Positions 60,905 to 64,000 of a stretch of 64,000 bases of DNA are shown in pieces. Origin of the DNA: an uncultured delta proteobacterium. GTDB lineage: Bacteria; Desulfobacterota; RBG-13-43-22. The stretch is taken from the NCBI GenBank assembly GCA_963790475.1, contig CAWBOS010000015.1, forward strand, positions 448,001-512,000, in the 5' to 3' direction. Under the pieces are notes generated by a model that was not told the DNA's origin, did no database searches, and was given only the letters and a program-made list of their open reading frames with translations. Numbering within the stretch: the first letter of the stretch is position 1; every line of letters begins with the position of its first letter. Position numbers and translations under genes: made by a program.

Positions 60905-61657
60905 ATGAGCTATACCGAACCGTTTGAATATCTGGAAGACAATTCTTTTTCCTTTGCCTGTCATCCGGGCTTGTCCTGCTTTACCGAATGCTGCCGCGAT
61001 CTTAGATTGGCCCTGACCCCTTATGATATCCTACGGCTTAAGAATCGCCTGGGCCTGGCTGCAAACGATTTTTTAGATCAATTCACGGTCAATAAGCCCG
61101 GAGAACATAACGGTTTCCCCGCTGTTTTCTTAAAAATGCAGGAAAACGAACGCCGGACTTGCCCCTTTGTCACCCCTTCCGGTTGCCGAATTTATGAAGA
61201 CCGTCCGGGGGCTTGCCGGATTTATCCTATTGGCCGGGCTTCTTCCCGGACCCATGGTCAAGACAAGGCCAGGGAATTCCATTTTGTCGTCAAAGAAGCA
61301 CACTGCCTGGGTTTTAATGAAACAAAACAATGGACCGTTGAACACTGGTCCCAGGATCAGGGGCTTCAACCTTATAGTTTTTTTAATGATAAATGGACGG
61401 AAATCATCACCCACAAGGGCTCTCTGGGACCGGAGGAAATGATCCTCAAAAAAATGCAGATGTTTTTTATGGCCTGTTACAATCTGGACCAATTCCGAAG
61501 ATTTGTTTTTGAAAGCACCTTTTTACGACGTTTTGATGTCCCGAAAGAGACGATTTCCAGGATGAAAACGGACGACGAGGAACTTCTTAATTTAGCTCTG
61601 CGGTGGTTAAAATTTTCTCTTTTCGGTGAGCAGGGGATTCCTCTTAGGCAGGAATGA
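60905..61657 (+). CDS. YkgJ-family cysteine cluster protein (tandem paralog)
   Basis: CHPGLSCFTECC, LTPYDILRLKNRL, RPGACRIYP. Confidence 0.85.
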   Translation: MSYTEPFEYLEDNSFSFACHPGLSCFTECCRDLRLALTPYDILRLKNRLGLAANDFLDQFTVNKPGEHNGFPAVFLKMQENERRTCPFVTPSGCRIYEDRPGACRIYPIGRASSRTHGQDKAREFHFVVKEAHCLGFNETKQWTVEHWSQDQGLQPYSFFNDKWTEIITHKGSLGPEEMILKKMQMFFMACYNLDQFRRFVFESTFLRRFDVPKETISRMKTDDEELLNLALRWLKFSLFGEQGIPLRQE

Positions 61658-61702
61658 GGGACATTAAAAAATAATCATCCATTGATTTAGAGGAAGGGCA
61701 TT

Positions 61703-62077
61703 TCAGAGTTTGTAAGGAATTTGAACAAAGGGGTGTTTCCGGGGATCAAAATCTTTGGTATTTCTGGTTGACAGGATAATCTGATAATGTATCGCCAGAG
61801 CGGCCTGAAAGGCATCCGGAAGTTTCCAACCATATTGGCGTCGAAGGGAAGCCGCTTTTTCAGCAACAGGGACATCAATGGATAATACTTTAAATTGATT
61901 CAATAATAATTTAGCCGTCCTTTCGGCTTCTTTTTCAAAACCAACCAAGATTTCCGCTAACGTGATGACGGAAATTGCCGTGGAATCCGGATTTAGCCCC
62001 GCTAAAAATCCACTGGCTTTCGGGTGCCCATTAAAATGATCGATCAGGATGACCGAATCCAGCAACCTTTCCAACAT
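61703..62077 (-). CDS. VapC/PIN-domain toxin
   Basis: LLDSVILID, ITLAE, LPDA, TRNTKDF. Confidence 0.9.
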   Translation of the reverse strand: MLERLLDSVILIDHFNGHPKASGFLAGLNPDSTAISVITLAEILVGFEKEAERTAKLLLNQFKVLSIDVPVAEKAASLRRQYGWKLPDAFQAALAIHYQIILSTRNTKDFDPRKHPFVQIPYKL

Positions 62078-62316
62078 CAGCGGGAGTCCCATTCAGACCG
62101 CAATTGTTCCTGGTAGGTCAATCCCTCTCCTTTTTTCCAAATGCCCTGTGTTTCTTGAATGATTTTTTGATAGATCTTTTGACCTTCGGAAGCTTTAAGA
62201 CAGGAAATTCCCCTTCGGACTCCCTCGGCCAAGGAAATCCTTTGTGCTCGGCTGAAAGTCTTAAGCCATCGTTTCTCTTCATCAGATATGGTAATAATCG
62301 TTCTGCTGGTTCCCAT
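62077..62316 (-). CDS. CopG-like antitoxin (VapB)
   Basis: RTIITIS..ISLAEGVR..YQEQLRSEW; TGATG overlap with the PIN gene. Confidence 0.8.
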   Translation of the reverse strand: MGTSRTIITISDEEKRWLKTFSRAQRISLAEGVRRGISCLKASEGQKIYQKIIQETQGIWKKGEGLTYQEQLRSEWDSR

Positions 62317-62334
62317 AAAAATCCCTCTTAAAAT

Positions 62335-62373
62335 GTGATATACAATCGTATATATCACATTGGCCCTTGTCAA
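62335..62373 (-). promoter_or_regulatory. vapBC promoter and operator
   Basis: TTGACA-N17-TACGAT with inverted repeat GTGATATA..TATATCAC over the -10 box. Confidence 0.65.
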
Positions 62374-62409
62374 TAAAAAACTACAAGGTTATTTTTTAAC
62401 AAATTTATA

Positions 62410-62650
62410 CGCTTTAAAGGAAAAATTTGGCAACTCCCTAAGCTTACTGGGGACATACCCATCGCACCCCGGGCTTCATTTGGAACGGATTATCAATGAC
62501 CCTACAGCCTGGTCGGCAAGGATTGATCGGCGCCTTCGCCTTTCTTTCGATCCGCAACAGTTTTTGCCGGCCGGTAATCCAGACTGGTCGGCCCCTCTAT
62601 CGCTTCTACGTATCCTTGACCATGATGATTTGTATAAACACCCTAGATAA
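62410..62650 (+). pseudogene. RelE-like toxin fragment (5' truncated)
   Basis: PSHPGLHLERI..WSARIDRRLRLSF..LRILDHDDLY; no credible start codon or RBS. Confidence 0.5.
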
Positions 62651-62775
62651 GCTGACCCATTAGTACTCTTCAAACTCAGAGCTTATTTCCAGTCTCAGGC
62701 TGTCCGATGACCAGGGTCCGCCCTTTCCGAAAAGGTGAACTATTATTCCTCAAAATAATATCGTCTGGCATCCTG

Positions 62776-63087
62776 TCAACCTCTTTGATCCTCATACCGG
62801 TCCAATTCCCTCTCAATTCTTAACTGCTCATCTACCATGCCTCGCTCATAGGCCGTCCTTGGAATATAAGCTGGTGCGGGGGTATAAATAACTTGGGAAG
62901 GCGGATAAACCGGAGGACAATAGATCTCCCTCGCAATAGCGCGAATAACTGGTGAGGCTAATACAGCTATGACCCCACCCAACAAGATAACGTCTCTGGT
63001 TCTCATGGCTTGGGCTTCACCAATTCCAGTTGCCAGGATTCCAAAGGTCATGATTATGACTAATTCTATTGCAAATATCTTTCTCAT
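62776..63087 (-). CDS. Hypothetical exported Pro-rich protein
   Basis: AAGGAGG RBS, signal peptide ending AQA, second hydrophobic segment, PPVYPP tract. Confidence 0.6.
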   Translation of the reverse strand: MRKIFAIELVIIMTFGILATGIGEAQAMRTRDVILLGGVIAVLASPVIRAIAREIYCPPVYPPSQVIYTPAPAYIPRTAYERGMVDEQLRIERELDRYEDQRG

Positions 63088-64000
63088 GGAGACCTCCTTT
63101 TGACGGAATTATCGCCTTTTATTTATATAAGATGAAAAAAAGTGAAACAACGTTCAACTGGCAAAGGGTTGATCGCTGCCTTTATTTTTTAAAAATTCAG
63201 GGGATAGCTCTTTCTCTCGTTCCGTATCCTTCCTTCGCCAGGGGCTCATCCCCCTTCTGTTCTTAATAATTTAACCGACTTCCCTTTAAATCCTCTCCTT
63301 TGGGCCTTCCTCCTTTCTTCTCCCTTTCGTCCTTTTCTTCTTCCCACCTTTTCTCTCCCTTCCCCTTATCTAAAAGTGAAGGGGGGCAAGATTATGAAAC
63401 TCATTAATCTGTTAATCTGATAACCTAAATCGAATCTTAGTTTTCCTGATCAATGGATATAAAAAAGTCTGATCGATCTGGGTTTGTTGGAAAAATACTT
63501 AAATCAGGTATGTCAATAATTAAAGGAGAGCATTACCCGAATTGGCTTAAATAGGGTTATCACCCTTCACAAAATAACAAATGGCCTAACGGGTTAATGA
63601 CGAATCGGATTGATTGTCATGTTGCTTGACTGGAGCCTCAGTCGGAAGTGTTTGCCATTATGGACTAGGTGCTTGGCATCCCTGCCTCTCGACAATAAAA
63701 CCTCGACGACTGCCGTATATTTCGACTGTTAATTGTACCTCATTTATAGTAGTGCGATGGTTTACCTTGATATTGATGCCTTGAATTGGGCAAAAATCTC
63801 GGGCTAATGCATCAATAAAAGGCCCCGCAGGGCACCTCACATGGATTTGGATACCACATAATGGAGTTGAAGTTTCTGTATCTGCGCCTTTATATAGCTT
63901 AAGGGCTCTCGGCTGACACCCTCCTCCACCCCCTGACAGCTGCTCTTGAAAGTCTCCTCCAGGTGGAACCTTAATGACTTGTGTACGACTTAGTCTGTTA

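Noticed and set aside
63658-64000. 3' end of a minus-strand gene at the window edge
   Set aside because: Frames are interrupted and no family is recognisable.
1-64000. CRISPR array, tRNA, rRNA, prophage
   Set aside because: No regularly spaced repeats, cloverleaf or rRNA motifs, or phage structural genes seen.

Overview
A 64-kb chromosomal window from an anaerobic sulfate-reducing bacterium; gene content suggests Desulfobacterota (inference). 1-2 kb: a group IIB intron inserted into a FeaR-like AraC gene, with EBS1/IBS1 and EBS2/IBS2 pairing visible in the sequence. 2-11.5 kb: the sulfate-activation cluster sat-aprBA-qmoAB-hdrCB, with no qmoC. The rest mixes housekeeping and metabolic genes (ddl, mobB, PLP decarboxylase, RACo-like ATPase, acyl-CoA ligases, radical SAM, beta-CASP nuclease, LOG, PolX, panE, AOR, tandem YkgJ) with accessory DNA: arsR-arsM between two MITE copies, an exported 12-Cys protein, a sigma54-type PEP-CTERM locus with a duplicated tail, integrase-less attC cassettes, four intact toxin-antitoxin pairs plus decayed ones, many MITEs and an IS110 remnant. 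The most unusual object is a ~1.9-kb element (34071-35965) without terminal inverted repeats. It encodes a 552-aa protein with Rep_trans-like motifs and a winged helix, preceded by a closed structured leader and followed by a perfect 20-bp palindrome; it is a candidate unclassified rolling-circle-type mobile element. Several single-base frameshifts, including one in aprA, are probably assembly indels. No tRNA, rRNA or CRISPR array was seen.
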